Origin: a bacterium
GTDB lineage: Bacteria > UBA8248
Assembly (NCBI GenBank): GCA_965202625.1
Contig: CBDBBI010000010.1
Span: 384,001-448,000, forward strand
Length of the DNA stretch: 64,000 nucleotides
Direction of reading: 5' to 3'
Shown one piece after another: positions 1-10,145 of the stretch. The notes under the pieces are model-generated. The model worked only from the letters and a program-made list of their open reading frames with translations. It was not told where the DNA came from and searched no databases. The stretch's first letter is position 1; every line of letters starts with the position of its first letter. The translations under genes were made by a program, and so were the position numbers.

Positions 1-55
1 AAAAACCCGCCATCGGTCCCCATGGTTTTGAGGCGAAGTCGTTGGCTGGTCGCAT
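1..55 (-). CDS. 5' end of a gene running off the window (MRPANDFASKPWGPMAGF...)
   Basis: AAGGAG RBS upstream of ATG at 55 on the minus strand; open to the window edge. Confidence 0.45.
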   Translation of the reverse strand, partial: MRPANDFASKPWGPMAGF

Positions 56-584
56 AGCGAGGAACTCCTTTAAGAGAGACGCTGGGTTAGTAGGAATGAT
101 GTACGTTCCATTTTTTCTACCCAATCCCGACGTGAAAGACAACCCCAGGGGATGTGCGTTTCATCCTCAGGCGTGTGAAGGAATGGATTTGTATCCTGAG
201 TTTCCATAGCGTTTTGCTTGAAGCATACAACGTCCTTGGGAAATCGAATACCAGTTGGCGTTTCGCCTGAAAGTTGAAGCGTCTTTGGGGGGGGGGAGGT
301 TCCGACCTTTGGTTTCTCTCGCTTCAAGACGGCGCGTTGGTTTTTTCTTTTTGCTTGTTTCGCCTCGGTTTTTTTCGGCTCTTCGTTTCACTGGCGGCTT
401 TGGGCAGTGAATCGTCCGGCAGCTCGAGTGCGCTCGACGAAGGCCATCGCGATCTTTTTGTCTCTGGCGGGCTATTGTCTATGATTGAGTCTCGAAGGTT
501 TTGGGGGCGAACTGAGCGCTCGTTCTGCGCCCGTGCATCAAAGACCGCGTTCTCAAGCGCCGCTTTTAAGTCCTTGGGCTTCCT

Positions 585-1095
585 CTAGGCTGCTTTTCTC
601 GTCAAAGGTTGTTCTTCGCCTTTCATGCGCATGGGTTTGGTTTTCAGGTCATCAATGCGGCGATAAAAGCCTGGGCTATGGGGCGTGGACGGTATTCCGA
701 GTAGTTTCCTGTCGATGTGGTTCATGAGTTCATGCATGAGGGTATCGAGAAACGTTTTGCCTGCGACGAATTGTTTCCGCACGGCCGTCAAGGTTGGCGA
801 TTCCAATCGTCCCGCTTTCAAAGTAATAGACGCCATGTTCATTATACGTGAGCTTCCCCGCGCGCAGCTTGTGGAGTTGTCGTCCATCCAGTACGCGCAA
901 GCACGCGGGTTGAATTTTAATGGCGCGACAAATGTCGTTGAGTAGTTTTTGTCCCAAAGCTTCGCGCTCCTACGTGTCCCTAGACACGATAAACCTCCCG
1001 ACAAGTTCGCAGGTTTGCGCTGATGGTTGATATTTTAGGGAGAATAGTTTGTTGGAACGGATGAAATCCGGCGTATCGTGGCGACGCTTGCCCAT
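585..1095 (-). pseudogene. SprT-like zinc metalloprotease family pseudogene
   Basis: MGKRRHDTPDFIRSN... has an in-frame TAG at 970-972 and a frameshift near 790 into TAVRKQFVAGKTFLDTLMHELMNHID...TPHSPGFYRRI (HE..H-like motif). Confidence 0.55.
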
Positions 1096-1211
1096 TTGGA
1101 GGAGCCGCTTCTGAGGGAGAAGGCAGGCGGAACGGGCCTTGAATGCTCAATGGGCGGTTAATTAGCATCATATAAGAAGCGAACGCTCATAGCGAGAGTC
1201 GTCCTTCGGGT

Positions 1212-2249
1212 CTAATCCGTCTCCAATATTTCCTCAATCGTCACTATCCTCCTCTCGGCGTTGCTTTTCAGCATCGCTCGCATGATGGCGAGCGCTCGAA
1301 CACCGTGGCGTCCGGTAACTTCTGGGTCTCTGTCTTCTTGAATGGCTCCGACCAAATCGTCGAATTGCTCCCGGTTGGCCAGGAGCCTCCCCTCCACCAA
1401 ATCGTGGTCGAACGCTACGGTTTGCGTCTCCACGCCGCCCATCATGTCGACTGGTCGCTTGAGAGTCGGGTTTTCGGTTGCCGAAAGGCTTAGGTTCGCT
1501 TGCGTGCCTTGGACCTCAAAAGCGAAATGGAATGGAGCGAGGTAACTTCCGGAGATGGTTCCTAGAAGTCCGCTTTTGAACCGTAAAATAGCAGCGGCGG
1601 CATCCTCTTGGGGGTTGGGGCCGCCTACTTTGGCACATGAGGCGCTCAAATCGGCCACTTCGCCGAACAAGTATTCCATCACGTCCCCGAGATGGATGGT
1701 ATAGCTGTAAAGTGGCCCGCCCGGGTTCTCCGTGGCGTCCCATCTCATGCTTTTGGGGCCTGCAGTGAAGCCGTGGTTGTTGGAAAACGTGGCGACCGTG
1801 TAGTTCACCAACCCCAAATCTCCGTTTTCCACAATTTCTTTCGTTTTCCGAAACATCGGCCAGCGCCTGAAATTCTGCCCTATATGGAGTTTTACGCCAC
1901 AATCCCCGCAGACCCGCTCGATGGTTTGCGCATCAGAGACGCTCAGCGCCATAGGTTTTTCTAAGTGAATGTGTTTGCCTGCGCGCGCGGCTGCTATGGC
2001 AATTTTTTTGTGTGCGGAGTTCGCCGTGGCGATGACGACGGCAGACGTGTCCCCATCTAAGAACACCTCATCAAGAGAGGCAAAATTTTTGCCGCCATAT
2101 TTAGAGACAAACTCTTCCCGTGAGGAGAGTGTGCGCGCGAAGCCCCCGGTCACTTTCACTTTCCCTGAGGCGAGGGCGGCGTCCGCTAGGACGGCGCCCC
2201 ACCAGCCCAGCCCGATGAAGGCCATGCCGATTTTAGGGAGATCGCTCAT
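1212..2249 (-). CDS. Gfo/Idh/MocA family oxidoreductase
   Basis: GLGWWG Rossmann motif, LEKPMA motif, GGPLYSYTIH. Confidence 0.9.
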   Translation of the reverse strand: MSDLPKIGMAFIGLGWWGAVLADAALASGKVKVTGGFARTLSSREEFVSKYGGKNFASLDEVFLDGDTSAVVIATANSAHKKIAIAAARAGKHIHLEKPMALSVSDAQTIERVCGDCGVKLHIGQNFRRWPMFRKTKEIVENGDLGLVNYTVATFSNNHGFTAGPKSMRWDATENPGGPLYSYTIHLGDVMEYLFGEVADLSASCAKVGGPNPQEDAAAAILRFKSGLLGTISGSYLAPFHFAFEVQGTQANLSLSATENPTLKRPVDMMGGVETQTVAFDHDLVEGRLLANREQFDDLVGAIQEDRDPEVTGRHGVRALAIMRAMLKSNAERRIVTIEEILETD

Positions 2250-2300
2250 CCTATTGGCTCCTTCTCATATTCAAAGCGGGCGGGAAGGCGTATGCACACT

Positions 2301-3072
2301 CTAGCGGCTACGCCAGTTGGGTTTTCTTTTTTCCCTAAAGGCTGCCAAACCCTCTCGCGTGTATTCGGATGTCTGAAGACGATGGCTGATGAGTTTGGCC
2401 ATGCTGATGCCCTCGCGCCAGTCGGGCGTTTGCAAACCTTTGAGCAGTGCCTCTTTTGTGGTCGAACCGCCAAGGTCGCATTTTCGTTGATGAGGGTGGC
2501 CATGGCGCGCGCCTCGTCCATCAAAGTCTCATGGGGTGCATTTTTGTTCACCATGCCCCAGCGCACGGCCTCCTCCGCAGGGATGTTTCTACCGGTCAGC
2601 ATGAATTCCATGGCGATGCCAGGAGGTATGGTTTTGGGCAGATACTGGTGTCCCCCCCCCCCAGATTCATCGCGCCATATTTGGGTTGCGGGTGACCGAA
2701 AGTGGCGGTTTCTGAGGCGATTCTGAGATCGCACGAGAGTACCAGCGAACATCCCTCGCCAAAGGCGTAGCCGTTCACCGCGGCGATGGTAGGTTTATAA
2801 ATCTCGAGTTCTCCATGCCACATCGTGGGCGAATCATGATCTTTATATTGGCCTTCGCCCTCCACGATCATGGAGGGGTCGTGGCTCGAACAAAACGCGC
2901 GATCGCCGGCTCCGATGACAATGGCCGTCCACGCCTCGTCGTCTTTGGCGAATTTTTGCCAGGGGTCATATAGTTCACCCACTATTTCTTCGTTGTAGGC
3001 GTTGAGTTTCTCGAGCCGTTTTAGGGTGATGGTGGTGATTTTATCTTTCACCTCATAGATGATGATGCCCAT
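2301..3072 (-). pseudogene. Enoyl-CoA hydratase/isomerase, frameshifted
   Basis: GAGDRAFCS and KPTIAAVNGYAFGEG motifs; frame breaks at the C11 tract 2652-2662 and near 2460; C-terminus REGLAAFREKRKPNW lies in a third frame. Confidence 0.85.
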
Positions 3073-3312
3073 CAGTGATTCTCCAGGCTCGATTTGGCAG
3101 GCGTGATCGATTATGTTCATTGGGCCGAAAGTAGCGATGCCGGAGCTTTAAGTCAAATGTTTAAGGATGATATTCCTCTGGCCCCTTGGTTTTTGATGGT
3201 AAGCGGGGAGGGTGCCTTCTTCTCATGGATTTCACCGGAGGGTTCAGAAAGCGGACTCTGATCGCGCGACGATATGGCACTTCACTTTGTGTGCTGTCCA
3301 TTCGGCGTTTTC

Positions 3313-3341
3313 TTGACAAGTTTTAGCCTGGGTACTAGCGT
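3313..3341 (+). promoter_or_regulatory. Putative sigma70 promoter
   Basis: TTGACA-17 nt-TAGCGT upstream of the M24 peptidase. Confidence 0.4.
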
Positions 3342-3423
3342 CGCCTTGAAAATTCGATCTTTTAATCTATTTAGAAATACTTGACATTTTTTGTTTATAA
3401 CTTTTTTTAAGGAGAAATACCCC

Positions 3424-4662
3424 ATGACGAATTATCCCACGTGGGCGCGCGGCTCGATGATGGTCGATTGGGAACACCGAATCGACATGGAGCGCATGCG
3501 CAGAGAGCGCATTGAGAAGACTCAGGCGGCGATGAGGAATGAGGGCATTGATGCCCTCGTTCTTTGGAAGGATGAAAACGTGCGTTACCTGACCAGCGCG
3601 CGAGTCATCATGATTCAGTACCGCTCTTCCACCACATATGGCGTGCTGCTCAGGCAGGAGGGCACCCCGACGCTCTTAGCTTCAAGCGGCGAGGCGCACC
3701 GGATAGAGGAGTGTATGCCCTGGATCGACGATTATGTGCCCATCGGTATTCTGGAGGAACCGGGTCTGGTCGAGCACACGGTGCGGGAGGACATCAAAAA
3801 GCGATTTGATGACTGGGGGGTGTCGAACGGCACAATTGGCCTTGACGGCCATACATTCGTCCAGCGAGAGATGATAGAAAAATACTTTCCGGAAGCCACG
3901 TTCGTGGATGGCGAGCAGTTCATGTACATGAGCAGGGTTCAGAAGACGCCAGATGAAGTCGCTTGTCTTCAACAGGCGTGCGCTATTGCGGACGCCGTGA
4001 CCATAACGGCGCTAAACCACGCCGTGCCGGGCGTGCGCGAGTTTGACGTGGCAGCTGAAGCCATGAAGACGCTTTTCACTCATGGTGGGGAGTTCGGGCA
4101 TCTGGCGTCTCCGTTCGTGGCCTCGGGCGAGCACATGGCGCCTCCGACGCGCTTTCCCACTGACAAGATCATCCGAAACGGCGACATCGTATTCATCGAC
4201 ATTGGTGCTTGCTGGAACGGGTATTTTGGCGATTGTGGGCGTGCAAAGGTCGCGGGCGCTCCACCTCATCCCATGCAGCGAAAGGTGTATACGACTGTTT
4301 ACAAGGCGCTCAAGGCGGGAATCGACAAAATGCGCCCTGGATACACGAACGATGATTCGGCGGCGGAATTCTTGGAAGTCGCTCGCTCCGCGGGTCTGGA
4401 AGATAATTTCATCAAACTTTTTATTGGGCATGGCTGCGGCATATCGCCCAACGAGCCGCCCTACATAGGCGAGGTGATGCCCGGGGCCAGCAGCGTGGAT
4501 TTCTTGCCGGGGATGACATTCGCCGTCGAACCCCTAATATTCGTGCCGGGCGTTCCTGGTGGAGCTGGCGTGCGCATTGAGGATCATATTCTGATCACCG
4601 AGGATGGGCCCGTCTACATGACGCGCGCTCCCTATTGCGAGGAATTGATCGTTCAGGATTAG
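3424..4662 (+). CDS. Xaa-Pro aminopeptidase (M24B) family peptidase
   Basis: Creatinase-like N-domain, DIGACWNGYFGD, GHGCG, FAVEP, GVRIEDHILIT; AAGGAG RBS. Confidence 0.9.
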   Translation: MTNYPTWARGSMMVDWEHRIDMERMRRERIEKTQAAMRNEGIDALVLWKDENVRYLTSARVIMIQYRSSTTYGVLLRQEGTPTLLASSGEAHRIEECMPWIDDYVPIGILEEPGLVEHTVREDIKKRFDDWGVSNGTIGLDGHTFVQREMIEKYFPEATFVDGEQFMYMSRVQKTPDEVACLQQACAIADAVTITALNHAVPGVREFDVAAEAMKTLFTHGGEFGHLASPFVASGEHMAPPTRFPTDKIIRNGDIVFIDIGACWNGYFGDCGRAKVAGAPPHPMQRKVYTTVYKALKAGIDKMRPGYTNDDSAAEFLEVARSAGLEDNFIKLFIGHGCGISPNEPPYIGEVMPGASSVDFLPGMTFAVEPLIFVPGVPGGAGVRIEDHILITEDGPVYMTRAPYCEELIVQD

Positions 4663-4733
4663 GCGAGCGTTGGTTCGCAACGGCGTCCCTCTCCGCGCCG
4701 GATTCAGTATGCTTTTCGTTGTGATATGAGGCA

Positions 4734-5430
4734 GTGCTGACGGAAATTCCCTTGGCTGTTGCGGCGTCCGCCTGTTTTTCATGATCTGTGTATTCTCGCG
4801 CTTGGCGAGCTCATATCGTCCGGCACGGGGACACTGTTTTATTTGCCTTGGACATTGGCGCGAGTGCCGATGAGCGCTTTCTCTAGTTCGAATCTGTTCT
4901 GGCTTGTAGAAATTGGCATACTCATCCTTGGTGCGGCTCCTGTGGGGAGCCTGCGTGGCGTTGCCCGCTTTTATCCCGCACGCTTGCCGTCGCTGGAGTC
5001 CCCTATGGCTTTGCCGCGACGCTCATATAGGTGACACGCGCGACCTCATTATTCGCTACACCTCGCCCAGCTTGCCCTACAAGACGCTGGCGACTTTTGT
5101 GATAGCGATGATCTCCAGCGTTGTCATGTCCTCTTTTTGTGTGAACTCCAAATCCGGCCACCACACGTCTACGAAAAAGAAAAAGGGATATTCTATTTCA
5201 CACTTGGCGGAATCGCCAGTTTTCTGTTTTCTGCGCTGACGGTCCTGGTTTTGGCGCTTGAGCAGGGCAGCGTCGTCGTTGTGACGCCTATCGTCTCCAC
5301 CCAGCCATCGTTCGTGCTGCTTTCTTCGCGGCTTCTACTTTGAGGGATGGAGACGCTGACGCCGCCGATGATCTTAGGCGCTGCGTTCATTGTATCGGGG
5401 GCGCGCTGATTGGCCTTGGTGATTCATCAG
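4734..5430 (+). pseudogene. EamA/DMT transporter remnant
   Basis: Hydrophobic fragments across several frames with stops, e.g. ALEQGSVVVVTPIVSTQPSFVLL...*GMETLTPPMILGAAFIVSG. Confidence 0.7.
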
Positions 5431-6482
5431 ACGAGTTTGTCGTCGAGGCCGAGTTGCTCAGCCAGCTCTCGCAATCGCTTGATAAGGGGCGGTGCGACGG
5501 GGACGCCGTGTTGGCGCATCTCCTCTTTTCTTTGCTCTAGCCCCTCGCCAGGAACGCGAATGGGGCCTCCGCCTTCCATGGATGTAGAATTTTTGATTTC
5601 TCGGAGTTTTACGTCCATTTCACCCTTGAAATCGTCCAGATTCCGGAAAATATCCGGGCGCATGACGAAAAATGCCTGTCCCGTATTCGTGGGCGTCTGA
5701 AAATCCTTATTGAAGTCCACGACGCTTGAGCCGAAAGCCGCCCCGTTGAGCACGCCGGCGAGTGCGCCGATCATCATGTTCAGCCCATAGCCCTTATGAC
5801 CTCCGATGGGGAGCAAAAAACCCTCCTCGGCGCGCGAGGCATCCGTGAGAGGCTTCCCGTCCTTGGTCATCATCCAGCCCTCGGGCATCGGTTTTCCTTC
5901 CTGGGCGTAGATTTTCACTTTTCCATAAGAGGTCTCGGTGGTGGCCATGTCGAGAACGAAAGGTGCTTCCTCTCCCGCGGGAACGGCATAGGCGATCGGG
6001 TTGGTGCTGAGGAGCATGTCGGTACCGCCCCAGGGAGGCATGTGATTGGCGTTGGCGACCGCCATGTACATCCCGATCATGTCATGCGCAAGGGGCATCG
6101 CGGCGTAGACTCCCGCGGCGCCGGCATGGTTGCTGTGATGAATACCGATCCATGCCAAGCCATTTTCTTTTGCCTTTTGAATGGCGATCTCGGCCGCGAA
6201 CGTCACGACCACCTGTCCAAGGCCGTTGTCTCCGTTGACCAACGCGCTTACAGGGGTCTCGCGCTCAGCGCGTATGTGGGGCCTCAGGTTGTATCCGCCT
6301 TCTCGTATTCTGCGGCAATAAGGAGGAAGTCTAAAAATACCGTGTCCGCGCATTCCGTGGAGGTCTGCTTCAATCATCCGAGCGGCGCAGATGCGTGCAT
6401 GCTCCTCTAAGACGTCATGTGCCGTCAATGCGGTGCGAATGAAGTTCTCCAGGCGTTCGACGGGATAGCGTAGCACTGACAT
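5427..6482 (-). CDS. Ldh_2 family oxidoreductase (malate/lactate/ureidoglycolate dehydrogenase type)
   Basis: EADLHGMRGHG, SNHAGA, STNPIA, LDMATT, GGHKGYGL motifs. Confidence 0.92.
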   Translation of the reverse strand: MSVLRYPVERLENFIRTALTAHDVLEEHARICAARMIEADLHGMRGHGIFRLPPYCRRIREGGYNLRPHIRAERETPVSALVNGDNGLGQVVVTFAAEIAIQKAKENGLAWIGIHHSNHAGAAGVYAAMPLAHDMIGMYMAVANANHMPPWGGTDMLLSTNPIAYAVPAGEEAPFVLDMATTETSYGKVKIYAQEGKPMPEGWMMTKDGKPLTDASRAEEGFLLPIGGHKGYGLNMMIGALAGVLNGAAFGSSVVDFNKDFQTPTNTGQAFFVMRPDIFRNLDDFKGEMDVKLREIKNSTSMEGGGPIRVPGEGLEQRKEEMRQHGVPVAPPLIKRLRELAEQLGLDDKLV

Positions 6483-6730
6483 TTCATCTCCTCGTTCGGA
6501 TGAAGGTTTTGAGAGTTCCAGGGGGCGTGCGCGCAGTTCATGCGGCCAACCGTTGCCAGTTTGTCTGTAAAGATTCCTTAAAGTTCGCCTCTCTGTGCGA
6601 TTTCACGAGCTCGATATGATATGTTTTTATACGTCTTTATTAAAAGTGGTTTTGCGTAATTGAGAAAGATTTGACCTGCGCGTTGGGGAGGATGAACGCG
6701 GCTTCAGCATTTCACTCAAAAGGGGGTACG

Positions 6731-7735
6731 ATGAATTTTATCAAAAAACCCGAATGGTCGATACCTGAGTGCGAGGCGACGTCGGAGTCCGCATTTTTAA
6801 GTCGTCGCACTTTCATGGCGGGTGGCTTGAGCGTGATGTTGAGCCAAATGCTGACGCCTCCCTACTGGCCCGAGCGCGACGGTCCGATCACCTTGGCCCA
6901 AGCGAAGAAAGGGGAGGCGCACCTTAAAGATCAGACGGTGAATCTCTACCCGGCGCGCCGGAATCCCGCGTTTACTCTGGATCGGCCTTTGACGGATGAA
7001 AAAGTGGCCGCCGAGTACAATAATTTCTACGAATTCGGCGGTTCCAAGTCTATCGCCTGGCTTGCCAGGCGCATGGAGACGCGTCCTTGGCAAGTGGAGA
7101 TTAGAGGGCACGTCAAAAAGCCAAAAACCTATGACATTGATGATTTGATCAAGGGCATGACGCTTGAGGAGCGGCTTTACCGTTTCCGATGCGTGGAAGC
7201 ATGGGCGATGGCCGTTCCATGGACGGGTTTTAAGGTTTCAGAGTTGATCAAAAAAGTAGAGCCTACGAGCAAGGCGAAGTACGTCAAGTTCACCACTTTC
7301 TTGAACCGCAAGGTGGCACTAGGGCAGCTCCAAGTCTGGTACCCGTGGCCGTATGTAGAGGGCCTCACCATGAAGGAGGCCATGAACGAGCTGGCGATTA
7401 TGGGGACGGGCATTTATGGGCGTCCTCTGCCGCAGCAACATGGCGCACCTTTGCGATTGGTGGCGCCCTGGAAGTATGGATTCAAAAACGTGAAGTCCAT
7501 CGTCTCCATCGAATTTACCGACGAGCGACCCCGCACGTTTTGGGAGCGAGCGGCACCCAGCGATTATGGTTTTTGGGCGAATATCAACCCAAAATTTCAT
7601 CACCCTAGATGGTCCCAGGCCACTGAACGCATGCTCGGAACGAACGAGAGAAGGCCGACGCTCTTGTTTAACGGCTATGCAAAATGGGTGGGGGGTATGT
7701 ATCCGGATATGAACGACCGGAAGTATTTCATGTAA
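6731..7735 (+). CDS. msrP: Protein-methionine-sulfoxide reductase catalytic subunit MsrP (YedY)
   Basis: Tat motif SRRTF, YNNFYEFG, YRFRCVEAW, HGAPLRLVAPWKYGFK, HPRWSQATER. Confidence 0.95.
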   Translation: MNFIKKPEWSIPECEATSESAFLSRRTFMAGGLSVMLSQMLTPPYWPERDGPITLAQAKKGEAHLKDQTVNLYPARRNPAFTLDRPLTDEKVAAEYNNFYEFGGSKSIAWLARRMETRPWQVEIRGHVKKPKTYDIDDLIKGMTLEERLYRFRCVEAWAMAVPWTGFKVSELIKKVEPTSKAKYVKFTTFLNRKVALGQLQVWYPWPYVEGLTMKEAMNELAIMGTGIYGRPLPQQHGAPLRLVAPWKYGFKNVKSIVSIEFTDERPRTFWERAAPSDYGFWANINPKFHHPRWSQATERMLGTNERRPTLLFNGYAKWVGGMYPDMNDRKYFM

Positions 7736-7810
7736 GCGTGGGTCTGAGAAGAAAAACCATCGTCTGGCATGCCAAGGGATCGGGGGATGGTTTTTTCTTG
7801 CCAATAGGAA

Positions 7811-8986
7811 TTACGCTTTGAGCGCCCGATCGATATCCTCGAGCAAATCATCGGCGTCTTCAATCCCCACCGATAGCCGGATGAGCGTATCGCCGATGCC
7901 GAGCGCTTTTCTGCTTTCTTCGGTCAGAGAGGCGTGGGTCATAATGGCAGGGTGTTCCACCAAGGACTCCGTGCCTCCGAGGCTCTCCGCCAAGGTGAAC
8001 AGGCGAACGTTTTCCAGAAACTTCCTCGCGTTGGGCAAACCTCCTTTGATATAAAACGCCAGCATCCCCCCAAAACCGCTCATTTGCATTTTGGCCAATT
8101 TGTGCTGGGGGTGGGACGCAAGCCCGGGATAGAGCACTCTTTCCACATTCGCGCACCCCTCTAGAAACTTGGCGATTTTCATAGCGTTCTCTTGGTGTTT
8201 TTCCATCCGCACCGGAAGAGTGTCGATGCCCCGCATGGTCATGTAGCAATCGAAAGGAGAGGGAATCGCTCCAAGCGCGTTCTGGTAGTGTTTGATCCGC
8301 TCATGGAGCACTTCGTTCTTCGTCACGAGGGCACCGCCCACGACGTCGCTGTGTCCGCCGATGTATTTCGTCGTGCTATGAACGGCAATATCCGCGCCCA
8401 AGGCGAGCGGCCTTTGAAAGTAGGGACTCATAAAGGTATTGTCCACGGCGATGATGACGCCATCACTCCCAAACGTGGAGGCGATGCTCTGGATGTCCGC
8501 CATCTTCAAGAGCGGGTTCGTGGGGGTCTCTATCCAGATGAGTTTCGTATTCTCTCTGATTTTGCCGGCTAGGGACTCCTCATCGGACATATCGACATAG
8601 TCGCACTCGACTCCGAATTTTTCAAAACCCCTCAAATCTTTGCCTGTGATAAGGCGAAATGTTCCGCCGTACACGTCATCAGAGCAGAGCATGTGAGCGC
8701 CATGGGCCAGAAGAGCAAAAAGTATCGTGGTGCTAGTGCCCAGCCCTGAGGAAAATGCAAGGCCACGGCACTCCGCCTCTCCCTCCTCTGGACTCTCCAA
8801 ACTGGCGATATTTCGCTCCAGGGCTTGTCGCGTCGGGTTGTCCGAGCGCGAGTATTCGAAGTCGCCGACGGGCTCACCCGGCGTCCTTTGCTTGAACGTG
8901 CTGCTCATGGAGATGTCTGGCTTCACGGCGCCTGTGAGCGCGTTTGGCTCTTTTCCGACGTGGACTGCCCTCGTGGATATTTTCAT
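7811..8986 (-). CDS. Cystathionine gamma-lyase/synthase (Cys/Met PLP enzyme)
   Basis: YSRSDNPTR, IETPTNP, VDNTF, HSTTKYIGGHSD, AESLGG. Confidence 0.93.
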   Translation of the reverse strand: MKISTRAVHVGKEPNALTGAVKPDISMSSTFKQRTPGEPVGDFEYSRSDNPTRQALERNIASLESPEEGEAECRGLAFSSGLGTSTTILFALLAHGAHMLCSDDVYGGTFRLITGKDLRGFEKFGVECDYVDMSDEESLAGKIRENTKLIWIETPTNPLLKMADIQSIASTFGSDGVIIAVDNTFMSPYFQRPLALGADIAVHSTTKYIGGHSDVVGGALVTKNEVLHERIKHYQNALGAIPSPFDCYMTMRGIDTLPVRMEKHQENAMKIAKFLEGCANVERVLYPGLASHPQHKLAKMQMSGFGGMLAFYIKGGLPNARKFLENVRLFTLAESLGGTESLVEHPAIMTHASLTEESRKALGIGDTLIRLSVGIEDADDLLEDIDRALKA

Positions 8987-9068
8987 TTTGCTCCGAGTCG
9001 GTGTGTATGACCCTTGCGTTCTTTTTGGTGTTTTCCTTGTAGTGGAAATTCCACTAGGTCTCGGTCGT

Positions 9069-10064
9069 TTAATTTGCCGGCGTCCCCACAGTCTCTTTGT
9101 CGTCTAAAAACGAATTGGCTGCCATCCATTCGTCAGAGAATATCTTACTGAGATAAAACATGCCGGAATCAGGCAACAAGGTGATGATTTTCTCAGGTTT
9201 GTCGAGGGATCGCGCGTATTTAAGAGCACCCATGACCGCTCCACCCGCCGATCCACCTGCCAGGATGCCTTCTTCTCTCGATAGCTTTCGCGCCATCAAG
9301 AGCGATTCCTTGTCGGTGACCTGTACGACTTCGTCGACGTTGTCAAAACTAAGTGTCTTGGGTTTGAAACTTTCCCCAATTCCCTCCGTCTTGTAGGATT
9401 CAGCCTTGGGATCTATTTCGCCATGGAATAGACCGTATAGAATCGAGCCGATGGGGTCCACGCCGATAATTTTGACGCGAGGATTTAGTTCTTTTAAGAA
9501 TTTTCCGATGCCCGAGATGGTGCCGCCGGTGCCTAGACCGGTGACGAAAGCGTCAAAATCGCCTCCCGTTTGCTTCCAAATCTCGGGGCCCGTCGTGCGG
9601 TAGTGGGACTCCGGGTTGTTGGGGTTGTTGTATTGGTTCGCCAAAATGGAATTGGGTGTCTCTTCCACAATTCCGCGCGCGACACAGTAATGGCTTCTCG
9701 GGTCGTCTAGAGCTACCGTCGGTGTTACGATAACTTGTGCGCCATATGCGCGTAGCCTGTCGATTTTCTCCTGACTCATCTTGTCGGGCATCACGAAAAT
9801 GCACTTATAGCCTTTGACGGCTGCAACCATGGCGAGTCCGGCACCCGTGTTTCCGGAGGTGGCCTCGACGATCGTTCCGCCTGGTTTGAGTTCCCCTTTG
9901 CTCTCTGCGTCTTGGACGATCAGCGGCGCGATACGATCTTTTACCGATAATCCGGGGTTCATATATTCCACTTTGACGAACATTTTTGATTTCACGTCAG
10001 AGCCGATTGCGTTGAGCCTTACGATTGGCGTGTCGCCAATGGTTTCTAAAATGTTTCTCTTCAT
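9069..10064 (-). CDS. Cystathionine beta-synthase / cysteine synthase family
   Basis: NPGLSVKDR, EATSGNTG, GTGGT, PDKMSQEK. Confidence 0.92.
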   Translation of the reverse strand: MKRNILETIGDTPIVRLNAIGSDVKSKMFVKVEYMNPGLSVKDRIAPLIVQDAESKGELKPGGTIVEATSGNTGAGLAMVAAVKGYKCIFVMPDKMSQEKIDRLRAYGAQVIVTPTVALDDPRSHYCVARGIVEETPNSILANQYNNPNNPESHYRTTGPEIWKQTGGDFDAFVTGLGTGGTISGIGKFLKELNPRVKIIGVDPIGSILYGLFHGEIDPKAESYKTEGIGESFKPKTLSFDNVDEVVQVTDKESLLMARKLSREEGILAGGSAGGAVMGALKYARSLDKPEKIITLLPDSGMFYLSKIFSDEWMAANSFLDDKETVGTPAN

Positions 10065-10145
10065 GGAGTTGACCCCCTAAAGCCAGTTTGGGACCCGAAA
10101 CCCTAGAGACTGAGAGGAGATTATCCGATACTACACCGGATTCGC

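Noticed and set aside
70-588. Lys/Pro-rich minus-strand reading continuing past the SprT-like stop, with a G10 tract at 287-296
   Set aside because: Interrupted by stops and has no recognisable motif; cannot be called a gene or a phase-variable locus
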